Below, in pieces: positions 13,564 through 27,171 of a DNA stretch of 64,000 bases. The notes below the pieces were generated by a model. That model searched no databases and was not told where the DNA came from. It was given only the letters and a program-made list of their open reading frames with translations. Position numbers and translations under genes: made by a program. Origin of the DNA: Cirrosporium novae-zelandiae (lineage: Eukaryota); NCBI GenBank assembly GCA_026023565.1, contig JAPETS010000008.1:372001-436000 (forward strand), written 5' to 3'. The stretch's first letter is position 1. Each line of letters begins with the position of its first letter.

Positions 13564-15155
13564 TATCGAAATTGCTCCAAATACATAGAAACGACAGAAG
13601 GATGATTGCGACGAATCTCATAGAGGGTTAGGGCTACTGGATACCTCGATATCCCTCATTTCTCCTTTGATGTCTACTTTGCTCTTCTAGGATACCCACC
13701 AAACCGAGGTCTGGAATTTTGCTATTTGCCTAGTCTGCGCCGGACGAATTGCCGAGACAACATTCAATATTCTTTCGGGGTTCACGGAACTGCAACAATC
13801 CGTTATTCTTTACTTTTTCCGAAATTGATACCACTCTCGACTCTTTCCTCTCGATTTAGCATGACAGAACGATAAGATGAACACATTTTTTCTTTTTCGA
13901 GTTGGCTGTTTTTTATCGGCGGAATGTTATTCTCAGCCTTATTTGCTTGCAAGTTTGCTCAATATGATACAATCGCGTCTGCAGGCCAAAGTTTTACCCT
14001 TTCTCTCCTGCCCTTTACTCCGTTCGGAATCACCTATTGCTCTAGACAGACAGCACATGTGTGTTTCGGAATCCGATTCAAGATACCCCTCTCTCCCTCT
14101 CACTTACTATAACATTGGCGGTTTAAACTCTTTAGATTTTTCGTTTTCGGAGGATAGGGGTCAGGAAGCAAAAAGGAGCGAACAAAGCCTGCAGAAGTGC
14201 GCACTCAATGGTTTTTTCTGGTTTTGGGGGGATGGTTGGCTGGTTTGGATTTTTTTGGAGACATCATCTTTAATGGTTGATTTATTGGATGGATGGAAAG
14301 GGGGGGTGGATATTTAATTTGACTTTTAGGCAGGGGAGCAAAACGAGATGTGGGAGGTAAACTCAGCGCTGGTGTTTGTTGCGAGCGGCTTTTTAACTCT
14401 AACACTCTCGGTTTTGCTTGAAATGACCAATATATGGTTGACGGATGGATGGATGGATTTTTTTTTGATGAAGATGAAGATGTAGATATTTTTTCTTTTT
14501 CTGCCCCTGCGTGATAATCGCTTTTTTTTGGTTTTTTTAGTGTTTGGTCATTTTATTGAGCAATGGAAAGTTGAGGTATAGTAAGGTCTTGGTTGATTCC
14601 TTGCTTTTGCCTTGCCTTGCTATACATGCTGCATATTATATTGTTAACGAGCCAGCCAACCTTGAGAATTTATCATTTAAATTTCAACATATTTTGCCAT
14701 CTAATAAGTTGCCTTTTTAGGAGGGGGGGATAATGGTAGTTTTTAAGTTTATAGGGTGTGTATGTGTATTGCCCATGGATCTATCGACCGTAATCTGATT
14801 TATTTTATTTATTCATGGTTTTTTTTGTATCATTGGTCCTTTCCCTATGGACTTCTCGATTTTGTTCTTTTTTGTCCTTTATTTTTCTTTCCTTTTCTCT
14901 GCCGTTAGGATTAGAGTTAGGGATAGAGCTGGAAGTCGGGAGCTGGATTGTCGAACTAGAACCTTCTCTCTTTCTCACTTACTTACTCCATCCCTTATCA
15001 CCAACCCAAATTGTTCCTTCCCAAATCAAATATCTCTTTCATCGGCCACAAAGTGTCAGACTCACACATGCAAATCCGGATATCCTTTGTTCTTTTTTGT
15101 GGAGGGGATGGAGGTTCCTTCTCCACTTCCTCGCTCGCTCAGCTGTTCAGCTGGC

Positions 15156-15178
15156 TAGGTAGGTAGGTAGGTAGGTAG
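15156..15178. repeat. (TAGG)n microsatellite
   Basis: taggtaggtaggtaggtaggtag read directly. Confidence 0.9.
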
Positions 15179-15415
15179 ATAATCGACCGACCATATATAT
15201 CCTTGAAACAAAATCCGAGATTCGGGGCCATGCATGCATGTATACACATATGTATGCAATTAAGATATGATGATCGCCTTCCCCCAGTCTTCCATCTGGG
15301 CTCTTTCATCACAGCCACATCTGCAGCCCCATCCCCACCTGTTAAAAAATAAGCCCGAGGTTATTTTGTTTTTCTTATGGCTGCTTGTTCAAGAGCAATA
15401 GCAACAACTAACTAG

Positions 15416-15885
15416 TTATTTCTAGCGGCAGTGGTAGAGTTGGCGGAATCGGTCTTCTCGACCGCTTCTTCACCGAGGACTTTACTCGCGGCTACGAATC
15501 TAAATCGGCGTGGACGACGATGGTCATTAAGTTAGCAATTGTAATAGTAATAGTAATTGAACCGTTTTAGTCCACTATCCCAATCTCTTCCCCTGGAAAA
15601 AAAAAAAAAAACTTACAACCCCCCCACATAACCACCCATCTGTCTCATATTCTCAGCCTGCACAGCGGTCATACGAATCAGATTTTCTAGATCTCCAAAC
15701 TGGGCATTTAGCTGCGCTAGTTGGGCGTGAAGGTGTGAGTACTGCCGGGCGCGGTTGGCGGATTCGGTGGTTGTGGTTGTGGAAATTGAGGAGGAGATGT
15801 GATGATGGTGGGTTGGGTTGACGCTTGATATGGATGCGGTTGTAATTGCTGATGCTGTTGGTGGGGGGTTGAGGGGGGGTGCCAT
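15416..15885 (-). CDS. HSK3: DASH/Dam1 kinetochore complex subunit Hsk3-like (2 exons)
   Basis: RARQYSHLHAQLAQLNAQFGDLENLIRMTAVQAENMRQMGGYVGGL. Intron 15500-15616 (GTAAGT..TTTAG) continues it in frame into FVAASKVLGEEAVEK...K*. Confidence 0.72.
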
Positions 15886-16941
15886 TGCTTAAGATTTGAG
15901 TTGATGTTGATGATAATAATGGGGAGGATGGTTCTTGGAGGATGGTATGCCCTGGTCTCTACTTTCGAAAGTAGTTATTGGCGAGTACGATACAACAACT
16001 ATGGGTTGGATGAGGTCAGTACAAAGTAAATACGGAAGAGTCAATGTTTGGAGCCGATAGCGGATAAGGTCCGTGCAGCAGCGGTTACTGAATATTAAGC
16101 GTTCTGCTTGTTACACAGAAAAGCGAATATAAGCGCCAAGCGCCACATGACATATACTAACCCTGCAGAACAATAACAAACATTACAGTTGGAAATTCTA
16201 GATAATCCGGACGTGTCAGCTTTGATTTCATCCGCTACTCTACCGACTTTTTATACAGTTCTCCTTCATCCATACCATCCGCTCAGGTGTCGCAATGTCA
16301 TTTTGCTTATGACGCACATAATGTTATTATCATATGATCAAGCCAACTAACAAGATTAGAGACCAAAGCCGAATTATTCCCAGTTCTCTATTTCCGACGG
16401 TGAGCTATCAAGCTATCTTTCTAACAACCCACCGACAATGCAGATTACACGACCTCGTAAGCAATCCTCTTCAACGTCCAGAAAAGAGCAACTGTAAATG
16501 TACGCAAAGAGGTCCAAAGCCTCAAAGACGCTGAGACAGAGGGGAAGCAAGGATTAATAGACGTCCCAAGAATAGGTAAATGTGTATGTACGGAAAAGGG
16601 GGAATGTCAGTGTAAAAACCCCTCTATGCAACCCAGAAACTCCAAAAACCGACAGATGTTTATGTTCATAATGTTGCCGCGCGACCGCTCATTAGAGGTG
16701 AAGCTCGATGGTTAAAAAAAATAGACTCGTTTTCTCAGGGATATTCTAGAATAGTGATACTGAAGATGAAAATCGAATAATTTGAATCATAGTTGGTGTC
16801 CGTAATACTGACTTGCAAAGGCACCGAAAGATAACAAAGCCTGAAACGTGCGATGAAAGATGCGAATCGTCTCGTTATTTCCCAGGGGTCCGTCGAAATA
16901 GCCCAACTTTTGATGTATTATATGGGCTATACATGTGTCAT

Positions 16942-19635
16942 TTATCTGACAGCCATTACAGGACGAGACGGAAGACTGCTTTGACTGCTGTGGGCCGAAT
17001 TTTCCGAGTCGATATTGGCGCTGGCTCCGCTATCACCACTCCCCGCGCTAGCACTCGCACTACCGGTCAGACTCCGCACATTTGGGCTCTTTTTCGGCGG
17101 ATAAAGATTGCTCACCCCAGCGTGCTGTTCAACTTGTTGTGGTGCCACCGCATTCCCCCTACCAGGTGGATGTCTCGGTACTGGTTGCCGCATCATTCCG
17201 GGAGGCGAAGGTCGACCATTCGGAGGTCCGGGTGGGCCAGGAGGGTAGCCGTCATTCGGTGGTGAAGGGCGTCCGCCCGGCCTTCCCTGACCTGGAGGAA
17301 GTGGTTGGCCGGGGGAATGACTTGTCCGTCGACCCGAAGGAATTGGATACGCACCGTTCATACCTGACATCCCAGCGCCTTGAAGTTCATGTAATCGAGC
17401 TGTAGTTAGAGACTGTGTTCTTGACTGGTCATGGAGTTTTTTCCGGTCAACAGCACCATAGCGATTATCAGAATAGGCTGTTAGTGGATTTTCCAACAAG
17501 TCTTGATGAAGATCGGGTATGCTGGCTATCATACGGGCACTTGCACGATTTCGGTTCATGCTAGGACGGAAGCCACCAAAAGCAGATCCTGGACGACTGT
17601 TACCACCACCTGGACCACCCGGACCACCAACACCCATCAACTCAGGGTTTTTGCGGATATCTCGGGCATTTGGCATAAGCTTGCGAGCTCGGCGAGAGGT
17701 GACACTCATCATATCAAAATTATCGGGATCAATTTGTGGAGGAGGAGGCCCGCGTGATTCGACAAAGAAGTCATCGTCATCGTCATCGTCATCAAAGCCC
17801 CCATGATGAGAAGCTGGAGGTGGCGGGCGCCTTATCATTGGGGGGGGTCCGCGTCTCATGTTGCCCATGGGACCCATAGGACCCATTGGACCCATGCTGT
17901 TCATGTTCAGCTCTTGTTCTCGAAGTTGGAGTTCCTTTTGTCTTAAGGCAAGCTCCCGTTCCCTTAATGCCATATCTGAAGATGAGCCCCCTCCATTGCT
18001 CGTATCAGCATAACTGCCATTAGGAGTAAATCCCCCTTCCGGCAAATCATCATAGAGCACAAGATGACTAAACTCTTCTAAATCGTTGTCTTCTGCTGGA
18101 GGCCGTTCAGTAGGCTGGCCTGGAGGGGGTCCTCGAGGAGGATAACCGTTAGCGGTTCTTGGCGGATAACCGTTCATAGGAGGACCCCGTCTCATGGGAG
18201 GAGGCATGCCCATTGCTGAAGGAGCCCTACCACTACGCATACCATTTACCGGCCCGCTAGTGGACGGCCGCATTGGGGGAGGAGCAGCGGAGAGCCGATT
18301 TTGAGGCGGTGGAGGAGCTGCTACTGGAGAAGCTGCCTGTGGTGTTGGTGCCGGTCGTGTTTGGTTGACGATGTTGCAATGACGCAGGAGAGCGTATAAC
18401 GTTTCGATTCGTGGAACATAGACTCCGGCTTCTTTCGCAAGTTTGATGGGAGAACCAAGGTAGGTCTCCACCTCCATAGGTCTTTTTGCTGCATAATCTT
18501 GGTACATTATACTTTGTGATTCACTTGGGGCCGTCATTGTATCTATTGTTTTCTGCTTGAAGCCATCGGGGAAGTTGCAACCTTGGCTTTTACCGACTTG
18601 TAACATCTCCTCGATAACATCTGATACTAACTCACGAACACCGGGCTTCTCCAGTAAATCCGAGTGTGAAGGGGTTTCGAAAAGCACACTAGCAGGATAG
18701 AAAGCGATAGGACTAATACCGTCAGAATCAATCCGGAAGATGGACAAAGCTACACTCACCCTATCATTCTCTCCAATTGTTGTTGTCTAATATTTTCCGA
18801 AACCTTGCAGTCAACTTGGCCCGTACATAGTGTCATAGCGAGTGCATCAGCCATATCGTTCTGTATCGATACGGGAATGGAGCTCTGCCGGTTTGCAGGC
18901 CCAACCCAAATATCCGTTGAGCTTAGGTGTTCGAATTCACTTCCTCCGAGCTGTGTTATTTCTGCTCCTGATACTAGTGAAAGGACAACATTTGTTGGGA
19001 ACCTTTCTTCAAGGTGTGCCTCAACTCCCAGTGTATTAGTGGTATTAACGAGAATGCATGTATGTTCTGGTGTGACGACGGATTGGATGACGGCGGCTAA
19101 ATCATAGACATCGGGAAGGGCCTTAACGCAAAGTAAAACGTAATCGAATGGTCCCTCTTTCGGATGTGCATCTTCAGGTGATCGAATTACTAAATCGTAT
19201 TGTGAGTATGTTATCAAAAAATTCTGGAGGTCAAAGGGTCATACCATGACGTGGTTTAAAGCGCTCGTTGCCAAAAAGCTTAGATCTATAAAATGGGATT
19301 AGTTTCATAGGATTGAAGTTTATTTCTGGGTTGCTTACTTGAATGATATTCCATATTGTGCCACGGCATCGTAGCCTGATTTCCAGACCAGTGTTACATC
19401 GCAAGCATTCGTAGCTTGAAGGCGCCAGGAAAGAAAGGCAGAGACAGCATTACCGCCCACTATGCAGTATTTGTTATTAAGCTTGAACACCATTCTCGTT
19501 CAATTCAAGGCATGTGAAGGGGTGGAGTCAATCCACGATGCAAGCTAGGTAGCTTGGAGGGACAGGAAGCAAAAGGACTCAATGCAAGTGGAACTAACCT
19601 GAAATTATTCGTAATCGTGGAGGAGCAGGTGCCAT
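16942..19635 (-). CDS. Ketopantoate-reductase-like (ApbA/PanE) domain protein with long Pro/Gly-rich tail, PAM1/SVL3 family (multi-exon)
   Basis: Spliced N-terminus MAPAPPRLRIISVGGNAVSAFLSWRLQATNACDVTLVWKSG; FDYVLLCVKALPDVYDLA; SIMYQDYAAKRPMEVETYLGSPI; low-complexity C-terminus. Confidence 0.85.
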
Positions 19636-21783
19636 TATGGTCGAGTTGATAGGTTGTGTAGAAAGAGCTCAATGGCTCTAGGAAAGTACAGTACGGGGGG
19701 GAGAAAGAGAGGTGGAAGTCGCGGATAGCCTGAATGTTGGCCCGCGTTCCAATCTGGATTCAGCCCCTGCTCAGATTTCACACCGCACGATTATTTAACT
19801 TCTGTCTACCGAATCAACAGATAGCCTTGAATCAACCCCCCAGTATATGTATATTAACGAGTGTTGTTTTGGGTGGGAGATCTCGCACAGCAATAAACGT
19901 AACGAGCGGACGTAGGATTGGCAAAGTTGCGTTTATGGAAGCATCCGTTTAAATGTTTTTCAACCGTCGCAGAGAGCCCTAATATGAATTTAGAAGTTGC
20001 GGGTAGCACGAGCCCAGCATCTGCACGAAAAATTATTGACCCAAATCGTGGGAAGGAACGAACGACTGCGATATAACTCGCTGACGGGTGGTTGGAAGAG
20101 GTGGTGAGGTGGTGTGGTGATAGTAGTTAGGTGGTGAGAGAGGACGTTCAAGTTGGGAAACAGAAAAAAGCAACAACATAAAGTTCTCAGGGCCGATAGA
20201 TGTTAGAAAGCTCAGAGAGTTCGGATGGATGTTTTGGAGGCTGGCGGTGGAAGAGTGCGGCAACTTCCCTGGGCTTGAGCTTGGCTCTCACAGGCGAGAT
20301 AGGCTGACAGAGGAACCTAGACAGGATAGATTTTCCAACTAACAAGCGCGGGAGATAGGCAATAAGGCCTTTGGAAAGGAAAAGAAAATGTGGTAGGGGA
20401 GGGAGGAGGGGAGTTTGTAGGGAACAGGTAATAGTTTCCAAATACCCTCCGAGATATGTTGGAACTAACTAGACTTTATTGTAGACTGGACTATCTAAGT
20501 ACAAAGTAGGCTTGAATCTACTTGAGTAAGTTACTTTGCTCTATTTTTGCTCTATTTTTTTCTTCTTTACTCTTTACTCTTAGGTCCTAGGGGGGGGGAG
20601 GGGGGCTGTCAGGTAAAAATGGACAAAAAAGTCAACGATAGCAATGATAATTTAGTTAGCGGTAAGTATGGGCTGGTATGGGATATCTTGGGGGGCCTGA
20701 CAAGGGATGGGATGGGTAAAGGGAGCCGGTGCATGTTTCCGCGCGTCCTTTGGATAGATTTGTTTTCATGATGTTGGTAACACTCATGCACATCCACTAG
20801 CCTGTCTCGGCGCATGTGAAGGGGGGGATCCAAACTGTCACGGACCGCGGTCCACCTTATCTGAGCTGTCGTCGGGAGTCGTTGGGAGCTGCTGGAACGG
20901 AAATTGCATCTTTCTCCTCCATGAATTATATTTAATGTATTTAATGTATAGTTAACTCTGAATTTATCCCCTATCCTTTATGTAGAACGGACTAAGTAAT
21001 CCATCAGCCTTCAGCCTTTAGCCTTCGACCTTCAATCTTGAATTCTTTTTATTTTTTGGTATTTCCAGATCTATAACTAACTTAGTTACAATACTGTAAC
21101 TGTTTGCATAACTAACTGTCTACCTGTTTATATTTCTATCCAGATGCTTCCGAGATATTGCATGAAAATGTATAATATATCCCTAACCTATACCTACTCT
21201 TACTATATACGTATACATACTTTGTTTAATTCTCAAACAAGGAAAGTTATGTTCTTATATGTAACAAGTGCCTTCTGATTCATCATTCTTGACGACATCT
21301 GAGATGATTGACTGGGAAGTCATATAAACATCATTCTAGCGCCACTTACTCTTTGCCGTCGCGCCGGGTCATGATTACCAGTTTCTTAATTCCTTAGACT
21401 TGTCAAGTCTTGGTAATTAAACACCAACTTCAAACTTCCTCCAAGTATTACTTGCACACGCTATATATCATCATCGTCATTGTTATTAGCCCTCATTTTC
21501 TTCATTGTTTCCACTCCAACTTCTTCATTCGTAATTAACTCGTTAGATATGTACGAGACCGTTGCATGCCCTAAGCATCTCAAGTAAACTACGGAGAAGA
21601 TAGCGAGGTGGGAATAATCAAATGCTAATAATAATACTGGTCCATCAACAAATACGTGTCTGTCTGTCAAAAAGGGGCGCTCTCCACTGCTGGGGCTATT
21701 TAGGGGAGGGGGTGCTTATATCGCTTGTTTATCCTTAGTGGAACTACTAATTTAAAGGATTTGCAAATTGATAGCTTTCCTTG

Positions 21784-23830
21784 CTATGTCATGTTTCCTT
21801 TCTTTCGATGGCATTGTTCATCATAGTGGTCAATTCGCAAGCCTACCATGCGGTCTACTGGATCTACATTTGGGCCGCCGACGCCTCTCGCCGAGTCACC
21901 GAGAACCTGATCTATAGATGAAGGAGTAGTAGGCGTTGTGGTACTTGGTAGAAGAATTTTAGAGGCAATTAGAAATCTTCGTTTCCTTGTCGTGCTTGTC
22001 AAGCTTCTTAAACCAGTAATTAGGATTCAACAATAGCTTACCAAGAAAAGGTTATTCAAGGAGATACAAGGTCTTATTCGTTGAGAGGAAGTCCTAAGGT
22101 TTGACAACAGTCGGCGAAAAACACCCCTGTAGTTGTTTCATCTGCAACCTGTGTATCTCTTCAAATTTGGTCATCAATAGATGAGGCCTTAAACCTGTCC
22201 TCCTCTCCTTCCGATCAGAACATATTTCAGTTCTTCAATATTTGACATGGGAAGCATGTCCTAAGGCATCCACTAATTTCTAAACTTTGCATCTTGAACA
22301 TGCTCGACATCGTTGGTGCGCCTTGCAGGGGAAGTCAAAGGAAATTCATTTTGAAACAATGAGCAACGCTCCAGGATTTCAGGAATCATCCGCATATCCC
22401 GTACAACTTACAAACGAAAAAAAAAAAGACACCCTTTGTAACTCTGCCTCGCAAATCTGCGGCACTACCGGTGCAGAATATACTAATCACGGTTGGCCAA
22501 GAGTTTACTTGGATGCTTAATGCCAGGTAGATGCTCGCTTGTAGGTGCCAATCTCCATGCCTGCCAAACCATGAGACGATTGATAACAAAACCCCTCGGG
22601 CATTCCGCGTATTTGTGTTCATGTTGATAAGTGGACAAGAACTGAGAAAGTGCATTATCGTATAGACTATGCACATCTGATTTGTTGATGCATCAATCAT
22701 TACTGGAACTATGTCCGCCTCTGCTAAATTATCTATCTGATAATTGACCGGACCCAGCAGAAGACCTTACTGAACTCAAGGCAGACCTCTTTGAGATATT
22801 CATCGTTGATCATGGTCATCTGTCAATCATTATCTAAATACAGAGGAGAGCTCAGTGGGCAAGGACTGATGATCGCCGCCTGGTAGCCGAGTTCCCCCTA
22901 AAAATAGCAGAGGATCTGAGGGATGGATTGCACTGCGCACTCTGCAAGCAGCTTTCCACATTCCCATTGCTTGACAAGTCCCAACAGTTTAATCGTAAAA
23001 CGTGATGGTAGGAACTTCTCAACAAGGATCAATTTTTTGGTCCTTGGCGGCCATTAGAGGTGGCAAACACTCAAAGAGAGAAGGGGAAAAAATGAATATT
23101 AATGGTTGCTACCACTTACTTCTACAAGGGCCAGCGTCACAATCATCAGCACTTTGTTGGCTTCCCAGTGGCAACTATCTAGCTTTGATCGGAATTCACT
23201 AGCTCCAGCTAAGGCGAATAAGGAATGACAGAACCCGTCAGTAGTTACAAATTCAATTGTCCAAGCGTCTTCCCATTCCACTCTTCCTAGTGCAAACTTG
23301 CTTGTAGATAGCAAATGGCCTAGTCTCCTATGAAAGTCCTAGCCTTCAACAAAAACTTGATTCCTTTAAGGCCAAAATACTCATATCCTTCAAAGATATC
23401 GGCCCCGAATTGCTCCACATCCGTAATCAAGAAGTGAACATGTGCCGTTCGTAGTTTGCGATCAACATACCCAAATGAGGCCGCACGGAGGCCTGTTAAG
23501 GCCAGGGATCTTCCATCCTTGTTTACTTTGTATGGATAAAAACTATCGGGGCCGAGAGTGGATAATCCTACGGTTCTTGTTCCTGCCCAATTGACCTTCT
23601 AAATTATGGGTCGAATATCTACATATGTCTCATTCTGCTGCCCTCCCCTGCGGGAAACAATTCCAGGTAATAAATTGATATGATAGTAAGCCTCTACCTT
23701 ACCATAACCTCCAAAGATTTTAATGTCTAATGTCGATAGTGAATTATTAGGGTTAGCACCCACCCATGCATTTAAATATTGGCTACGCAGGGTTTGAGAT
23801 CCCAACTGCCAGCGCAGGAACCAAATTGCG
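21784..23830 (-). pseudogene. Possible heavily degraded coding relic, family unrecognised
   Basis: The minus strand reads as long protein-like runs broken by isolated stops and frame changes (e.g. ...ETYVDIRPII*KVNWAGTRTVGLSTLGPDSFYPYKVNKDGRSLALTGLRAASFGYVDRKLRTAHVHFLITDVEQFGADIFEGYEYFGLKG...). Confidence 0.3.
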
Positions 23831-24131
23831 CTATTGCTGTAGATCTTGATTTATTTTCCCTCGCCGTGTTCCGTAAGTAATAAGATATTGGCGCATTATC
23901 AATCACGGCAAGATTTTGGGATAGCTAAATCCAAACCATTGAGATTTCATTGCCTGGTTTGTGATCGCTCGAAACAATCTAGAATACAGAGCCATTTTCT
24001 TTTTACCATAACAAGCCGACCGAATGAATTACTTGATAGACCGAAAGAGAAACCCCATCGTCTGCACCCCAGTGAAATCTGGGCCATAGTAAAGGACAAC
24101 CTTGAGAAAACGGAAAGTATCAATGACCAAA

Positions 24132-26100
24132 TTAGTTAGCCATGTAGGTACTAGAGTCAACACCTCCCTCTGGAAACTCACTAAAGCCGTAGTTAGTAAC
24201 AGCCAAAGATACTGATAGCTGAGGTATAACTTACGGCAAAGCCACTTCGAAGCGCTTTTCGATCGACTTGAGTACTTCCTGATCGCCCTCGCTGCTCACG
24301 AAGGAGATACTCAATCCCTTCGTACCAAATCGTCCAGCACGACCAACACGATGGAGATATGAGTCAGCGTCTTGTGGGAGATCGTAGTTGATTGCGAGGT
24401 TAATACGCTCGATATCTATTCCACGGCCGAAAACATCGGTAGCGACACAAATACGCTTGTTGAATTCTTTGAATTCCTTGTAGCGTTTGATACTGCCATA
24501 TATTAGGATTCTAGTTTGGACCAAGTGCTCTTCAGACATTCGCTTACCGTTCCTCTTGACTGACGCCCGAATGTACAGCAATACTAGGGAAGTTGCACTC
24601 CCTTAGGAGCTTGTCCAATTCAGTAGCACGAAGAGTACTCTTTACGAAGATGATGACCTGGTTGAACTCCAAGGTGTCGAGCAATTCATTGAGCTTCCTG
24701 TTCTTTTCACTCTCGCTGAGCTTGACATAGTACTGTTGAAGACCGTGCAAGGTAAGCTTTGTCTCATCATCAACATAGATCTCCAATGGGCTCCTCATGA
24801 ACTTCTTGCATATGGGTCGGATGTCCTGTGATAGGGTGGCACTGAACATCATAACCTGTTTGGCCGAAGGTGTGGCACGGAAAATCTCCTGGACGTCACG
24901 CCGCATATCTAATCCACGTTTAGTGAATTGTATTAAATAATCAAGCAAAATACTACCTACCAATTTGGTCGAGCATCTTATCACACTCATCAAGTACAAA
25001 CATCTTGATGTTGTTTAGGCGAAGTTTCTTCTCCCGCACCAGAGCATTCAATCGCCCAGGAGTCCCAACAATGATATGGGGATGCGTTTCCTTGCTTGAA
25101 AGGATCTCAATATCCTTCTGCATTGGAGTACCGCCATAGAAAACACCAGTCTTGATATCTGGCATATATTTGCTAAATCGAGCGTACTCATTCTTGATTT
25201 GATATGCCAGCTCACGAGTATGGCACATCACAAGGACAGAGCACTCTCCTGGTACAGGTTCAATCTGCTGTAGGGTTGCTAATACGAAGACTGCGGTTTT
25301 ACCGAGACCAGATTTGGCTTGGCAGAGGACGTCGGTACCGAGGATTGCCTGAGGAATACAAACTTGCTGGACTATTATATGAAGCGACGACGTTAGATTT
25401 GTTTTCGTTCCAAGAGAGTAATGCCATGCAAAATCGATCGTAACGTCCGTCCATCTCGCACACTGTGAATCCAAATAGTTCAAAATCCGAAAGGAATAGA
25501 GCAGAAATCCAAGACAACACCATGCAAAGAGGCAAGCAACACACTCCATATACGCGTTGGACAATAGAGAAACATTTGTGGGCGGCCCGAGAGTCTCTCA
25601 TTAGCATTTTCAATCCCCAGATCCTTCCACAAATCAAGAATTGCGTTGTCGCTGCATGCTTGAATACGCTATTGCGTTAATATCAACCATGCTTATGACA
25701 ATACTTCCTGCAGCCGTAATAACAGAAAGTTCGCTCTTGGAGAGATTCCCTCAGGCCGCCCACAGGGCATCGATTTTCAAGTGGCGATAAAGATGCGAAG
25801 ATGGACGGACGTTGTAGGATTGAGTAACTGGAGGGAGTTTGGGAGAAATCATGACTAACCCTCCGATGGATGTTCGAAACCGCAATCCGTTATAGCTCGG
25901 AGAAGCTCTGGCTTCAGCAAGAAATCGCGAAAACCCGTCGAATGAATGCCGACATAACTACCCTTCTTGTCGGCGCCAGCTCCAGCTACCGTGAGGTCAC
26001 CCTTTTTAACAGCACCATTTGCGGCTGCTGCGGTTATTGTAGTCTCTGTAGTCTGGAGTTCCTCATCCGAGTAATCGATCAAATCTTCTTCGTGAGACAT
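24132..26100 (-). CDS. SUB2: DECD-box RNA helicase Sub2/UAP56 (5 exons)
   Basis: [60 protein letters not shown]. Introns 25372-25859, 24909-24960, 24493-24547 and 24181-24234 are all GT-AG and frame-consistent. Confidence 0.98.
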
Positions 26101-26562
26101 GGTTTTTGAACTGTTAAGTTGTTTGTTCAACAAGGCAGTATGAGGCAAGGTCTTGCTGCTGCTGATGATCACTTAAGTGGAAAAGCAAAACGAAAGTCAC
26201 AAAGATATAGAGGCAAGAAGAAGATATTGAGAATCGAATGGGGAAGAAAGGTCGAGGGATGGGTGATGATCTGTTTGATCTCTTTGTTGATGAATGTGTG
26301 GTTGAAGAGGTAAGGGAAGAAAGGGAAGGAGGAGGAGCGCGAAAGTCTTTGCGGCGTGTCTAGTCTGCATTTGGAATAGTGCGGTATTGAATTCAGGTGT
26401 CGGAATTACGCCTGTTCGCTTTTGCCGAAACCATCAACTTTCAAATTTAACCAAAAATATATCTATAGCTACTAATTACCTAATTACACTTGATTTATGT
26501 TGGCCATGTATTGTTTTAAGCAGTATACATTTGCTAATCTTGAGTTTTCCTTATGATTCAAC

Positions 26563-27171
26563 ATGGCCAAAAGCAAGAATAAAAAAACTACTCCTAGTGC
26601 ACCTCAGAAGCACCTATATTCCCGAATATCCTATCTTTACCAGACAGCAATTTTGCTCAATTCCGTTCAAACAGGAAGAAATCGGTTGGAGAGTGAAACA
26701 AACAAAGAATCTCAGTATCAATCCTCAAAGTCTACAGATACTATTCGAAACAATGAGTCTGGTGGCCTAGGTAATGCGCCAAACTTGCATGAAGAAAATA
26801 GAGAAGAATCATTGCAGAACCCAATAACCCAACGGTCAACCCGTCGATTACTTTCTCAAGCTCGTGCAATCTCTATGAAGTCTCAAATACGTCTTTCACC
26901 AAATATCAAGCGAACAATTTGCAAACGATGCGACGCCCTTTTGATACCAGGGCAATCGAGTGCAGAGTATATTGAAAACATCAGTCGTGATAGGAAGAAA
27001 CCATGGGCGGATATTCTCGTTATACAATGTCAACTGTGTGGGACTTCAAAACGTTTCCCAGTAGGGGCTTCGAAGCAGACAAGACGGACGGACCGTACTT
27101 CGGGAACAGCAATGACAACAACAGAGTCGCAATTGGCTACGAGAGGAAATAAGATGGAAGTAGAGATCTGA
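26563..27171 (+). CDS. RPR2: RNase P subunit Rpr2/Rpp21
   Basis: HLYSRISYLYQ; KSQIRLSPNIKRTICKRC...IQCQLCG two CxxC zinc ribbon; divergent from SUB2. Confidence 0.88.
   Translation: MAKSKNKKTTPSAPQKHLYSRISYLYQTAILLNSVQTGRNRLESETNKESQYQSSKSTDTIRNNESGGLGNAPNLHEENREESLQNPITQRSTRRLLSQARAISMKSQIRLSPNIKRTICKRCDALLIPGQSSAEYIENISRDRKKPWADILVIQCQLCGTSKRFPVGASKQTRRTDRTSGTAMTTTESQLATRGNKMEVEI

Noticed and set aside
13877..15162. ORFs downstream of areA (146 aa, 115 aa, 103 aa)
   Set aside because: Phe/Leu-rich translations of U-rich 3'UTR and intergenic DNA.
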